Shown here: positions 47,514 through 57,525 of the stretch, piece by piece | Position numbering within the stretch: position 1 is the first letter of the stretch | Layout: each line of letters starts with the position of its first letter | Source: a virus | DNA: 64,000 nucleotides | Virus record (IMG/VR): IMGVR_UViG_3300033145_001546 | Coordinates: 1 to 64,000 of that record | Direction: 5' to 3' (one strand) | The notes under the pieces: model-generated | What the model saw: only the letters and a program-made list of their open reading frames with translations | Told to the model about the DNA's origin: nothing | The model's database searches: none | Program-made: the position numbers and the translations under genes

Positions 47514-48046
47514 TGGACATTATCGTTTTGTGCGAAGCATGTGGAACAGAATTAAAAACTCCAGATGTAACTTGTGATCCCCTTTTAAGAGTTGTTATCA
47601 AAGCCACGCCCTGTCATAAATGCAGTCGTCCTCCTGATTGCCATTTAACTTGTGAAGATGTTTTGAAACTAAAAAAAGAAAGGCGGGAAATAATAACACA
47701 AATACTCCCACCAATACTCCCACCAAATATTAGGGAGTGCTTCGGGACTTCCAAAAATACCGATGAGTGTAAAAGCTGTGTTTATCTTAAAGTTTGTGCA
47801 GCAGTAGAAGAAGAGGGAATATCAATTAGACCCAATTGCTTTGGTAATTACGATGATGATGAATATGACGATGGATATGAATACGATTGTACAGGCAGTT
47901 GTATATGGCGTGTCGCTTGTATGAATTTTAAGCCCAAAAAGATAGCGGGCACGTCACAACAAGTAGTGTGTCCCCAAGGTCTTACCTCTCAAAATAACGA
48001 TTGTTTGAATTGTAGCTTACAATTAAAGTGTAAAGTACACAAATGA
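47513..48046 (+). CDS. Cys-rich hypothetical protein
   Basis: Repeated CFG...C..C units; lies between the two polymerase halves. Confidence 0.6.
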   Translation: MDIIVLCEACGTELKTPDVTCDPLLRVVIKATPCHKCSRPPDCHLTCEDVLKLKKERREIITQILPPILPPNIRECFGTSKNTDECKSCVYLKVCAAVEEEGISIRPNCFGNYDDDEYDDGYEYDCTGSCIWRVACMNFKPKKIAGTSQQVVCPQGLTSQNNDCLNCSLQLKCKVHK

Positions 48047-49425
48047 GACCAGTAACGGATGAAGCATATAAACTCTTTCACAATGGCACTCTTGCCTTGG
48101 CTCAGGTAGAGGCTAATGGCATAAGGATAGACGTAGACTATCTTAACAAAGCCATTACCCAAACTACTACCAAGATTGACAATTTATCAGACAAAATGAA
48201 ACGGCATAAGGTCTTCAAGACATGGAAAAAACATTATGGAGCCCGAACTAATATGGGGAGTAGGCAACAATTAGGCAAGATTATATTCGATGTGATGGGC
48301 TATGATTGTCCCTCCCTCACAAGAACAGAACGATACCAAACCAATGAAGTAGTCTTGACAACTTTGAATTTGGATTTTACTAACCAATTGCTCAAAGTGG
48401 AGAAACTAAAGAAAGCCCGCAGCACTTACCTCCAGGGGATTCTAAAGCATGTGGTAGATGGATACTTACACCCATCCTTCGGTCTTAATATAGCCCAAAC
48501 CTACAGAGGCAATTGTACTGATCCTAATTTTCAAAACATACCAATTCGAGACCCAAAAATAGCCAAGTTGGTAAGACAAGCATTCATAGCCCGCCACAAC
48601 CATCATATTATAGAAACAGACTATGGGGGCGTAGAGATTTGTGGGGCTGCTTGTTATCACCACGATCCCCGAATGATCTCTTACATCGAAAATAAAAAGA
48701 AAGATTTGCATCGAGACATGGCGATGCAAATTTACATGCTCCAGAAAAAGTTGATGACCAAAGACATTCGATATTGTGGAAAGAATATGTTTGTCTTTCC
48801 TCAATTCTATGGGGATTACTATGTACATTGTTCTCAACGTCTTTGGGAAGCCATGAGTGCCATGCACTTAAAAACCACGGATGGGGTAAAACTAAGAAAA
48901 CATTTGAAAAGCAAAGGCATAAAAAAACTGGGTCGGTGTAATCCCAAAATGCCTCCTGCATCCGGGACTTTCGAGGGACATGTGAAAGAAGTAGAGAATG
49001 ATTTTTGGAACAGACGATTCAAAGTTTACAATCAGTGGAAAAAAGATTGGTGGGAAAGTTATCAAAAGAAAGGATATTTTGACACTCTAACCGGATTTAG
49101 AATTGAGGGCCTATTAAACCGAAAGGAATGCATCAACTATCCCATTCAAGGTTCGGCTTTTCATTGGTTGTTATGGTCTCTGATACAAATTCAAAAGCAG
49201 CTGAACAAATATAAAATGAAAAGTTTAATCATCGGTCAAATCCACGATAGTATAGTAGGGGACGTGCACCGGAAAGAAAAGAGAAACTATCTGGAAATTT
49301 GTCAGCAAGTTATGACGGTTGATGTGATGAAGCATTGGCCTTGGATTATTGTCCCGCTAACTATTGAGGCAGAGGTTGCCCCAGTGGGAGGCAGTTGGTA
49401 CGAAAAGAAGGGGGTAAAGATATGA
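48043..49425 (+). CDS. polA: Family A DNA polymerase, polymerase domain
   Basis: PNFQNIP, DYGGVE, DLH, R...K...F...YG, NYPIQG, IHDS. Confidence 0.92.
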   Translation: MRPVTDEAYKLFHNGTLALAQVEANGIRIDVDYLNKAITQTTTKIDNLSDKMKRHKVFKTWKKHYGARTNMGSRQQLGKIIFDVMGYDCPSLTRTERYQTNEVVLTTLNLDFTNQLLKVEKLKKARSTYLQGILKHVVDGYLHPSFGLNIAQTYRGNCTDPNFQNIPIRDPKIAKLVRQAFIARHNHHIIETDYGGVEICGAACYHHDPRMISYIENKKKDLHRDMAMQIYMLQKKLMTKDIRYCGKNMFVFPQFYGDYYVHCSQRLWEAMSAMHLKTTDGVKLRKHLKSKGIKKLGRCNPKMPPASGTFEGHVKEVENDFWNRRFKVYNQWKKDWWESYQKKGYFDTLTGFRIEGLLNRKECINYPIQGSAFHWLLWSLIQIQKQLNKYKMKSLIIGQIHDSIVGDVHRKEKRNYLEICQQVMTVDVMKHWPWIIVPLTIEAEVAPVGGSWYEKKGVKI

Positions 49426-49616
49426 ATGTGATAGTAGTTGAGTCTATATTAGATTGCCCATTCCGAAAGAAAAGTTTGTATAGATATGAAATCGCCAAAT
49501 GTCTTATTTGTAAAAAACGATGCAATCAGAAGAAACCACCCTCATACTGCCCCTTACCTATCACGGTTCAATTGTTTGCAGAAAAGAAGGGGGTTGCAAA
49601 AGGAGTAGACGGATGA
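49422..49616 (+). CDS. Small Cys-rich protein
   Basis: Coupled ORF with DCPF...PSYCPL. Confidence 0.5.
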   Translation: MNVIVVESILDCPFRKKSLYRYEIAKCLICKKRCNQKKPPSYCPLPITVQLFAEKKGVAKGVDG

Positions 49617-49930
49617 GTGGAATAAATACAAAAACCAATGAAATTATGGAAAGGCTGAGGCAGCATATTAAAGAAGGCCGAGAACACCGGGACCCCATCT
49701 ACAAAGAACTCTTGGGGTTGTTAAAAGACTTGGATTTGTTAGATAAGATGTTGAAGCAGGTGGCCCTTGCCTATGGGTGGATGTATAAGAGTATAAAACA
49801 TAATGAGGACCAACTCAATGAAGGCAATTACTCCGATGATATGAAGCATGCCATAATTGTAAAAGACATTTTAGACATATGGAGGGAGCATGGTTTACGT
49901 GGACCGAATGCGACCGAGCATCCCAAATAG
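49613..49930 (+). CDS. Hypothetical protein
   Basis: Coupled ORF with an AGGAG SD. Confidence 0.5.
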   Translation: MSGINTKTNEIMERLRQHIKEGREHRDPIYKELLGLLKDLDLLDKMLKQVALAYGWMYKSIKHNEDQLNEGNYSDDMKHAIIVKDILDIWREHGLRGPNATEHPK

Positions 49931-50213
49931 ACATTGGCCTTACAAACAATCTTGCCACCTCATAGCAGACACAGAGGAGGAATTACATGCCTTTGCCAAA
50001 CGGATAGGACTTCATAGGTCTTGGTATCAGCATAAAGCCTTCCACCTTTCCCATTATGACCTTACAAAATATATGAAATGTAAAGCCCTTAAATATGGGG
50101 CTCACCCTATAACACAACATGAATTTGTAGTAAAAATAAGAGAATCAAGAGAAAAAGAAATTGCAAGGAGAAGAAATGGAACTGTACAAAAAGAATCGAC
50201 CGGGAAAACTTAA
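49890..50213 (+). CDS. DUF4031-like protein
   Basis: MVYVD...CHLIADTEEELHAFAKRIGL...WYQ...HYDLT. Confidence 0.8.
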   Translation: MVYVDRMRPSIPNRHWPYKQSCHLIADTEEELHAFAKRIGLHRSWYQHKAFHLSHYDLTKYMKCKALKYGAHPITQHEFVVKIRESREKEIARRRNGTVQKESTGKT

Positions 50214-51102
50214 ACAGTTAGTAGGGCAAGACCATGTAGTAGAAGTGCTGGAACGAAAATTGAAAAAGAAGAATGTTCCACACACTGTTCTACTCACAGG
50301 ACCGTCTGGGTGCGGAAAGACCACGGTTGCCCGCATTTTGAAATGCCGATTAAAATGTGGCAGGAGTGATTTTAATGAAATGAATGCCTCTAAGGATAGG
50401 GGCATAGAGGCTGTGCGTACTATAGACAAGCGGATGAGACAGGCCCCAATCAACGGCAAGTGTCGTATATGGTTTGTAGATGAAGCACACAAGCTGTCCA
50501 ATGATGCTCAAAATGCCTTTCTCAAAATATTAGAAGACACCCCCAAACACGTCTATTTTATATTGGCAACTCCCTATCCTCAAAAATTGATCAAGGAGAT
50601 TCATACCAGAAGTATGGAATTCAAGTTGAAGGGACTGTCTGATGCAAATATAGGGAAAATCCTCAAGTCTGTTGCCAAAAAGGAAAAATTCGACCTGCCC
50701 AAAAAAGTCCGGACAAAAATCGTTGAGAACTGCGAGGGTTCGGCCCGGAAATCTTTGGTAATGCTGGACCAAATAATAGACTTGGAAGACGAAAAGGATA
50801 TGATAAAGGCCATATCCGAGGCTATGCACGAGGCAGCAACCTACGATTTATGTAAGCTTTTAATGAATCCAAAAGCCTCTTGGAAATCCGTTGCTAAAAT
50901 TTTACTGCCCCTACAACAGCAAAAGACTGAGCCTGAAACCATACGTTATTCCGTAATGGGGTATGCACAAAGTGCTCTACTAAAAGGTTGGGGCAATCCG
51001 GGCCGTGCTTATATGATAATAGATGCGTTTCGGGACCACTTTTATGACTCAAAATTCCCTGGAGTAGTGGCTGCTTGCTACGAAATCGTGTCCATTAAAT
51101 AA
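50176..51102 (+). CDS. Clamp loader (DnaX gamma/tau-like)
   Basis: LYKKNRP, GQDHVV, GPSGCGKTT, DEAH, QNAFLKILED. Confidence 0.9.
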   Translation: MELYKKNRPGKLKQLVGQDHVVEVLERKLKKKNVPHTVLLTGPSGCGKTTVARILKCRLKCGRSDFNEMNASKDRGIEAVRTIDKRMRQAPINGKCRIWFVDEAHKLSNDAQNAFLKILEDTPKHVYFILATPYPQKLIKEIHTRSMEFKLKGLSDANIGKILKSVAKKEKFDLPKKVRTKIVENCEGSARKSLVMLDQIIDLEDEKDMIKAISEAMHEAATYDLCKLLMNPKASWKSVAKILLPLQQQKTEPETIRYSVMGYAQSALLKGWGNPGRAYMIIDAFRDHFYDSKFPGVVAACYEIVSIK

Positions 51103-51133
51103 AAAATAATTTTTTGTCGGTAGAGGACACGAC

Positions 51134-51147
51134 TTTTTCCGATAATA
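51134..51147 (+). promoter_or_regulatory. Phage motif TTTTTCCGATAATA, copy 4
   Basis: Exact match; intergenic. Confidence 0.65.
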
Positions 51148-51165
51148 TAGTAGAAGGAACTGTAA

Positions 51166-51711
51166 ATGGCAGAGAAAAAGAAAAAAGGACGAATGAAGGA
51201 AGTCCAAGACTTCTGTATGACTGAGGTGGACATTCTCAACTTGGAAAAGGAATGTGCCATACAGCCCCGCATGATGTTTAAGTATGTCAAAATGCTTAAC
51301 AATACCAACACTGCTATAGCAAAAGCCAAAACTGCCATGGCCATAGTAGATGCCAAAATTAAAGAGAAGGTTCGCAAGAAACCATCTAAATATAGGTTGG
51401 AGAAAGTTACGGTGGATGCATTAGAGACCATTGTCCTCCTACAACCTGAACACAAACAAGCCCACACCAAACTTTTAGTCCTTCAAAAAAGATGGGACAT
51501 AGTGAACGCAGCAGTTCAGGCCCTAAACCATAAAAAATCAATGTTAGAACAGGAGGTGAAACTGCACGGACAAAACTATTTTGCTACTCCTAATCCGAAA
51601 TTAGTGGGGGAACAACACGCAGAGTTTCAAAGGAGACTCGATGAAGCCAAGGACGAATCTGTAAGAGCAAGGAACAACAAAAGAAAAAAGAAAAAGGACG
51701 GCACAACATGA
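51166..51711 (+). CDS. UvsY-like recombination mediator
   Basis: Coiled-coil protein upstream of the SSB and RecA genes. Confidence 0.5.
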   Translation: MAEKKKKGRMKEVQDFCMTEVDILNLEKECAIQPRMMFKYVKMLNNTNTAIAKAKTAMAIVDAKIKEKVRKKPSKYRLEKVTVDALETIVLLQPEHKQAHTKLLVLQKRWDIVNAAVQALNHKKSMLEQEVKLHGQNYFATPNPKLVGEQHAEFQRRLDEAKDESVRARNNKRKKKKDGTT

Positions 51712-51843
51712 TAGATGACATTAAAATTATAACATTCATTTGTGGACTTCCTTTTTTGGTTTACTTTTGTGTGAAGTTTGGCACTGTGGCCTTTTTCAAG
51801 GCAAAACAATTTATAGAAAAACAAAAAACAGGAGACACAAGCA

Positions 51844-53100
51844 ATGAGCAAAAGAAAGAAGCGTAAGGAACGGAGGAGCACAGCGGGTGCTACCAAGAAA
51901 AGACGAGAGGCAGCAGCAATGGGAGATGGGCCTTCCTATATAAAGCTGCCGGAAGGGACGGGGAACTTTGCCCTGAAGTCTACCAAAACAGCCCGAATTG
52001 ACGTCATTCCCTATGACGTGGGCAAAGGCAATCCCAGAGCAGACAAAGGTGCATTCTACTGGGAAAGGACCTTTTACATTCATCGCAATGTCGGCCCCAA
52101 TAATGATTGGGTGATTTGCCCAGCCCGGACTGCCAAGAAGAAGTGTCCCATCTGTGAGCTACTCACCAAACTCAGACAGGACGAGGAAGGCAACGAATCT
52201 CTCATCAAGGCATTGGCCATTAGTCGTCGTATGGTCATGAATATGAGGGACATGAGTGAAGACAAAAAGGAACGCATCGGCAGAGTGTTCGAGACCTCCC
52301 ATCATTACTTCGGCAAGGCCATGGATGAAGCATTGACTTCGGCCTATGAGGATGACGAGGATAACATGGACGGTTTCTGCGACCCGGAAGACGGCAACTA
52401 TCTGAAGATGGTCGTCGAAAAAGGTTGGGAAGGCAAGGGCTATTCGGTAGAGAGAATTGATTTTAAGTCTCGCAAAGATGACCTGGATGATGAAGTCCTT
52501 GATGCCGCCGTTTGCTTGGACGACATCCTCATCATCCGAGACTACGATGACTTGAAGGAACTCTTGCTCCAAGATGACGACGATGATGACGAGCCTAAAA
52601 AGGGTAAGAAAGGCAAGAAGGACAAAGCCCCAGATGACGACGACGACGATGACGATGCTGACGACGACGACGATGATGACGACGACGATGATGCTGACGA
52701 TGACGACGATGATGACGACGACGATGATGCTGACGATGACGACGACGATGATGCTGACGATGACGACGACGATGACGACGACGATGATGACGACGATGAC
52801 GATGATGCTGATGACGACGACGATGCTGATGACGACGACGATGACGATGATGCTGATGACGATGACGATGACGATGATGCTGATGACGATGACGACGACG
52901 ATGACGATGACGATGACGATGACGACGATGACGATGACGATGATGCTGAAGAAAGGGCCGCAGCTAAGAAGAAAGCCGCTGCCGCTAAGAAGAAGAAAGA
53001 TGCTGCCGCAGCTAAGAAGAAGAAAGATGCCACCGCCAAAGCCAAGAAAGCCGCAGCCGGCAAGAAAGGCAAAGGCAAGAAGGGCAAAGGTAAGAAGTAG
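51844..53100 (+). CDS. gp32-like ssDNA-binding protein with a very long Asp tract and a Lys/Ala tail
   Basis: H...CP...CPIC zinc motif, DPEDG, poly-D. Confidence 0.75.
   Translation: MSKRKKRKERRSTAGATKKRREAAAMGDGPSYIKLPEGTGNFALKSTKTARIDVIPYDVGKGNPRADKGAFYWERTFYIHRNVGPNNDWVICPARTAKKKCPICELLTKLRQDEEGNESLIKALAISRRMVMNMRDMSEDKKERIGRVFETSHHYFGKAMDEALTSAYEDDEDNMDGFCDPEDGNYLKMVVEKGWEGKGYSVERIDFKSRKDDLDDEVLDAAVCLDDILIIRDYDDLKELLLQDDDDDDEPKKGKKGKKDKAPDDDDDDDDADDDDDDDDDDDADDDDDDDDDDDADDDDDDDADDDDDDDDDDDDDDDDDADDDDDADDDDDDDDADDDDDDDDADDDDDDDDDDDDDDDDDDDDDAEERAAAKKKAAAAKKKKDAAAAKKKKDATAKAKKAAAGKKGKGKKGKGKK
52573..52947 (+). repeat. GAY-rich trinucleotide repeat encoding poly-Asp punctuated by Ala
   Basis: Read directly. 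Confidence 0.95.
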
Positions 53101-53124
53101 TATGCTGGCATGGATGCCCAATTT

Positions 53125-53159
53125 GGAAGGTGGGCGATACTATGCCCACCTTCCATTTT
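53125..53159 (+). terminator. Rho-independent terminator
   Basis: TGGAAGGTGGGC-loop-GCCCACCTTCCA-TTTT. Confidence 0.75.
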
Positions 53160-53179
53160 ACGTTTGAAAGGAAAAGACC

Positions 53180-53434
53180 ATGAAAAGAAAGAGATCCAAA
53201 CCCCGCAAGGTGAATATAGAACGTGCGACTTTGGGTGGTAAAGGCGCACGTGCTGGCCTCAAAGTTCACATGGGGGATTCTCTTCAAACAGTCCCGTGCC
53301 CAAATTGCATTAGCAAAGGTATGAGGCAAGGACTTCGACGACAAACAGCTGAGTTCACTTCTCCCTACCGACAAAAGGGGGCATTGGCTGTAATGGCAGA
53401 GTGCGGAATTTCCAAACGCAGAAAGCGGAAATGA
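53180..53434 (+). CDS. Basic hypothetical protein
   Basis: RBS cassette; CPNC. Confidence 0.55.
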   Translation: MKRKRSKPRKVNIERATLGGKGARAGLKVHMGDSLQTVPCPNCISKGMRQGLRRQTAEFTSPYRQKGALAVMAECGISKRRKRK

Positions 53435-54519
53435 AAACCAAAGACATCAAAAAGAAACTCCAACAAAGGAAGAAAAAGAGAAAACTGACCCCTGACGATT
53501 TTCTAAGTACGGGCAGCACTCTTTTGAATCTTGCTCTCACAGGCAAACCCAATTGCGGTTTTGTTAAAGGCAAGTATCATTTCATCGTAGGTGATAGTAC
53601 GTCCGGCAAGACATTTCTATCCCTTACCTGCTTAGCCGAAGCAGCCAATAATCCCCAGTTCAAAAAATATCGTTTTATCTACGACGATGCAGAGGGTGGG
53701 GCGTTGATGGATATTGAAAGATTCTTTGGATCCAAAGTTGCCAGACGAATAAGACCCCCCAAAAAAACCAAAGAGGGGGAGGCTATTTATTCTCACTCCA
53801 TTGAAGAATTTTATTACCACGTTGATGATGCCCTACGAAAAGGCAAACCCTTCATCTATATATTAGACTCAATGGATTCTTTATCCTCCAAAGAGGAAGA
53901 GGACAAATTCAAACAGCATAAAGATGCCCATAAAAAAGGTAAGAAAGCACCGGGGTCTTATGGGGACGGCAAAGCTAAAAAGAACGCTGCGGGAGTGCGT
54001 CAATTGCTTACACCATTAGGGGCATCCAATTCTATCCTTATCATTATCAATCAGACCAGAGATAATATCGGATTTGGAAGTAAGTTTGAGCCTAAGACAC
54101 GCAGTGGTGGGCATGCCCTACGTTTCTATGCCACATGGGAGATATGGTCAAAGGTCAAGGGGCAGATGAAAAAAACTTTCCGGGGAAAAGAGCGTCAGTT
54201 AGGAATAAAATGCCAAGTCAGAATAAAAAAGAATCGTATCATGGGCAGGTCCCGAACCGTAGAAATTCCCATCTACCATTCTTTTGGTATAGACGACATA
54301 GGGTCCTGTGTGGATTATTTGGTTGAAGAAAAGCACTGGTCCAAAACAAAGAGTGGGATAATAAATGCTGAGGACTTCGATTTTGAAGGCCCAAAAGAAA
54401 AACTCATTCCGCATATCGAGGAGGAGGAGATGGAAATGGACTTGCAGGATTTGGTAGGGGAGGTTTGGAACAATATAGAAAAGGCCTGTGCTGTGAAAAG
54501 GAAAAAGAGGTATGAATAA
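53431..54519 (+). CDS. RecA/UvsX-like recombinase
   Basis: STGSTLLN, GDSTSGKT, LDSMD, INQTR, SGGHALRFYA. Confidence 0.9.
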   Translation: MKTKDIKKKLQQRKKKRKLTPDDFLSTGSTLLNLALTGKPNCGFVKGKYHFIVGDSTSGKTFLSLTCLAEAANNPQFKKYRFIYDDAEGGALMDIERFFGSKVARRIRPPKKTKEGEAIYSHSIEEFYYHVDDALRKGKPFIYILDSMDSLSSKEEEDKFKQHKDAHKKGKKAPGSYGDGKAKKNAAGVRQLLTPLGASNSILIIINQTRDNIGFGSKFEPKTRSGGHALRFYATWEIWSKVKGQMKKTFRGKERQLGIKCQVRIKKNRIMGRSRTVEIPIYHSFGIDDIGSCVDYLVEEKHWSKTKSGIINAEDFDFEGPKEKLIPHIEEEEMEMDLQDLVGEVWNNIEKACAVKRKKRYE

Positions 54520-55390
54520 GAAATGGCTTATCTTGGATTGTAACTTTCTTTGCCATCGGCTCAAACATTCGATGGGGGGATTGAGCCATGAGAACACTCC
54601 CACTGGGGTCATTTATGGGTTCTTAAAATACATCCCCCTATATCAAGAAAAGTTCGACACCCCCCACATCGTCTTTTGTTGGGATTCTAAGAGCAGTAAA
54701 CGGAAAGAGATTTTTCCGGGCTACAAAGCTAACCGGGGGGATCGATTAAAGGAAATGAGTACTGAAGAGGTTATATTTGAAACTGATTTTCGTTACCAGA
54801 TGAAAATGTTGCGTAGGAAGTATTTGAAAATCATCGGTTTCCGAAACGTCTTTTGTCAAAAAGGATATGAAGCCGATGATTTGATTGCTTCAATTTGCGA
54901 CCACCTACCTTTACTTGATGAGGCTATTATCTTAACCTCTGACCAAGACCTCTATCAATGTCTTAATCCACAAGTATCTATTTACGACCCCAACAAACGA
55001 AAAAGAATGACAGCCCAAAAGTTCCAAAAGACGTATGGAATTAAGCCACCAAGATGGGGAATGATAAAATGTATAGCAGGGTGCTCTACTGATAATGTCC
55101 CCGGCATAAAAGGGGTAGGAGAAAAGACCGCCATTAAGTATTTGAATGGGGACCTAAAAGCATCCTTAAAATCCCATCTGTCTATTATATCCCCAAAGGG
55201 TATGAAACTTATATGCCGAAACAGAAGATTGGTGGTGTTACCTTTCGTGGGCACCAGAGTTTTCAAACTTAAAAAAGACGAACTGTCTGCGGACGGTTGG
55301 CGGTCAGTAGTAAGGTCTTTAGGCTTAAAGTCTATCAGGGATAAGGTGCCGATGGGTATTCGACGACAAAAGAAGAGGAAAAAGAAATGA
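54512..55390 (+). CDS. 5'-3' exonuclease/flap endonuclease
   Basis: YKANR, EADD, SDQD, DNVPGIKGVGEKTA. Confidence 0.92.
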   Translation: MNKKWLILDCNFLCHRLKHSMGGLSHENTPTGVIYGFLKYIPLYQEKFDTPHIVFCWDSKSSKRKEIFPGYKANRGDRLKEMSTEEVIFETDFRYQMKMLRRKYLKIIGFRNVFCQKGYEADDLIASICDHLPLLDEAIILTSDQDLYQCLNPQVSIYDPNKRKRMTAQKFQKTYGIKPPRWGMIKCIAGCSTDNVPGIKGVGEKTAIKYLNGDLKASLKSHLSIISPKGMKLICRNRRLVVLPFVGTRVFKLKKDELSADGWRSVVRSLGLKSIRDKVPMGIRRQKKRKKK

Positions 55391-55605
55391 GAATCTTTCT
55401 GATAGTGATTATAGTTTGGGTAAACATAGGAGCAATAGGATGGATTATTGGTTCTATAGCCGATACATTCTTCTATCCGACCCAAAAAAACAACTGGCGA
55501 TATATCTTTTTAAGCATGGCTGTGGGACCAGGAACTTTCGTATTGGTTTTACGGTCGATTTATGAGTATTGGAAAGACAGGAGAAGACAAGATGCCCAAA
55601 GGTAG
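55387..55605 (+). CDS. Small membrane protein
   Basis: Two hydrophobic segments. Confidence 0.5.
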   Translation: MRIFLIVIIVWVNIGAIGWIIGSIADTFFYPTQKNNWRYIFLSMAVGPGTFVLVLRSIYEYWKDRRRQDAQR

Positions 55606-56206
55606 TCAATTTGAAAGGGATATTTGTAAACTGCTTAGCAAGTGGTGGACAGGCGGCAAGAGGGACGATGTGTTTTGGAGAACAGCCGGAAGCGGCGCAC
55701 GTGCTACAATGCGAAGTAAGAAGAACCAAAATACGTTTGGTCAATATGGGGACGTACAAGCCACTGACCCTATCGGCCAGCCTCTTATCGACCTGTGTAC
55801 TATCGAATTGAAGCGTGGGTACTCACAAGATACTTTCGCAAACTTACTTGAGGACTCTACAACTCACAACGCTGTGCCGTGTATGTATGCTAAATTTATA
55901 GCGCAAGCAAAAGGGGACTCCCGAAAAGCATTCACTCCTTGGTGGTTGCTAATTGTAAAACGAGACCGACGAAAGCCAATCGTGATTTTTCCCCGGACTC
56001 TATTTGGCATGACTCTAAAAGGGTTGGATAAAGTAAGGATTTATCGGGCAGGAATGGTACACGTTGTTGTTGCTTTACTTGGCGATTTCTTGGAGCACTA
56101 TCTTCCAGAAGACATAATCGAATGTGCCAAAGATGAAGAAGAACATCCAGACTGTAAAAGTTGCACAAAGCCCACATGTGTTGGTTGTTTCAGGAATAAT
56201 AAATGA
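55592..56206 (+). CDS. Holliday junction resolvase (PD-(D/E)XK)
   Basis: KGSQFER, RTAGSGA, GD, IELK. Confidence 0.8.
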   Translation: MPKGSQFERDICKLLSKWWTGGKRDDVFWRTAGSGARATMRSKKNQNTFGQYGDVQATDPIGQPLIDLCTIELKRGYSQDTFANLLEDSTTHNAVPCMYAKFIAQAKGDSRKAFTPWWLLIVKRDRRKPIVIFPRTLFGMTLKGLDKVRIYRAGMVHVVVALLGDFLEHYLPEDIIECAKDEEEHPDCKSCTKPTCVGCFRNNK

Positions 56207-56583
56207 TCGACCCAAAAAACATTAAAAAATCCCAGGCCCGTGAAATCATCCGGTTGTATGAAGAGCACACTCGTGCTATTGTCGCAGCAAGAATAGGACC
56301 TTTGGGGTTTCCTGCTTGTGGGGATTTCTTTCTATTAGCCCAACAAAAGGAAGATGAATTACAAGAATTCATATTTGGAACTTCCAATCTTGTCCAGCTG
56401 GGGGAGATGTGGGGGATAGTAAAAGACACCGGAATTAAAAAGACAAAACATTATTGTGGTAAGTGCGGACGGGCTCAATACAGAACCCGTAGTGGGCTGA
56501 CTTGCAAAAAGATGCACAATGGTGCTGAATCTGTAAGCAAGAAAAAAGGTAAGAAAATCAGAGACCGAAGGAAACGAAAATGA
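56203..56583 (+). CDS. Hypothetical zinc-finger protein
   Basis: CGKC...C..H. Confidence 0.55.
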   Translation: MIDPKNIKKSQAREIIRLYEEHTRAIVAARIGPLGFPACGDFFLLAQQKEDELQEFIFGTSNLVQLGEMWGIVKDTGIKKTKHYCGKCGRAQYRTRSGLTCKKMHNGAESVSKKKGKKIRDRRKRK

Positions 56584-57137
56584 AAGTGGAAAATTATCCA
56601 GTGGTAATTCTAATAATGATAGTATGCTTTTCATTAGGAGTATTCGTAACTGAAATATCACATCAAGCTTTTCCTCTCAAAGGGACGGAAGTGGAGACGG
56701 ACTCGGAATCTGTTGGAACTTCTGAAAAAACGCAAGGGGTGGGTTCCTCTAAGATTCTCCTTTCCCCACCCCTTGCCTCCTTTTTGAAAAAAGAATTTGG
56801 CGATGAATATGAAACTATAATGGCTGCTGCCTTACGAAATCGGTGTCAAGGAGAGAATCTACACATTCTTTTTGCTATCCGGAAAGCAGAGAATGGTGGA
56901 CCTGGAATAGAGTTCGGGGTTGAAGCCAAACGCGGGACGGACCTTGACACGCAGGCTGGCTGGGCAGCAGCCACCATTATGAAAAATCGAAGTCGTTGGT
57001 ATGCCACTAATACCAGAGGAGATTTTATTGAGTTTCTCGGCAAGAGGTACTGCCCCAATAATAGTGAAGTGTGGATTAAGAACGTGAAATATTGGTTTGA
57101 CAAATTTAAGGAGAATGCCCATGGCAAAGGAGCCTGA
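56580..57137 (+). CDS. Membrane-anchored lysozyme-fold protein (possible muramidase)
   Basis: N-terminal TM helix, AIRKAENGG, EFGV, LGKRYCP, WIKNV. Confidence 0.55.
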   Translation: MKVENYPVVILIMIVCFSLGVFVTEISHQAFPLKGTEVETDSESVGTSEKTQGVGSSKILLSPPLASFLKKEFGDEYETIMAAALRNRCQGENLHILFAIRKAENGGPGIEFGVEAKRGTDLDTQAGWAAATIMKNRSRWYATNTRGDFIEFLGKRYCPNNSEVWIKNVKYWFDKFKENAHGKGA

Positions 57138-57525
57138 ACATTTCTGCTTGGACAGGGAGGATGCACTAAGAGTCATTGAAAAGCTACTGCCCTCAAAAGA
57201 CGATTGCTTTTTGTCGGACCTGTACGAAGACATCCAACGTCCACCTGCAAAGACTATAGGAGAGAGGAGAGACATTGTAGTAACTATCCGTCCCGGTTTA
57301 GATGCCAATGATATAGAACTTATTCAAGCTGTAGAAAAGGCGATGGATGAGGCCCTTCTCGCCTTTGGACATACTCGTAGCAAGTCTGTCAAGTGGGGCC
57401 ACAAAGTTGAATTTGTGTATTACCAATTCGCCAGCTGTGGCGTATCGGAATTGGATGAGGTGGATGACGATATAGATGCCAACGAGGATTGCGATGACGA
57501 TGAAACAGAAGAACAAACGACTTAA
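57121..57525 (+). CDS. Hypothetical acidic protein
   Basis: Coupled ORF. Confidence 0.55.
   Translation: MAKEPEHFCLDREDALRVIEKLLPSKDDCFLSDLYEDIQRPPAKTIGERRDIVVTIRPGLDANDIELIQAVEKAMDEALLAFGHTRSKSVKWGHKVEFVYYQFASCGVSELDEVDDDIDANEDCDDDETEEQTT

Noticed and set aside
52159-53249. Poly-Ser, poly-Ile/Val and Met/Thr ORFs
   Set aside because: Alternative-frame readings of the poly-Asp repeat.
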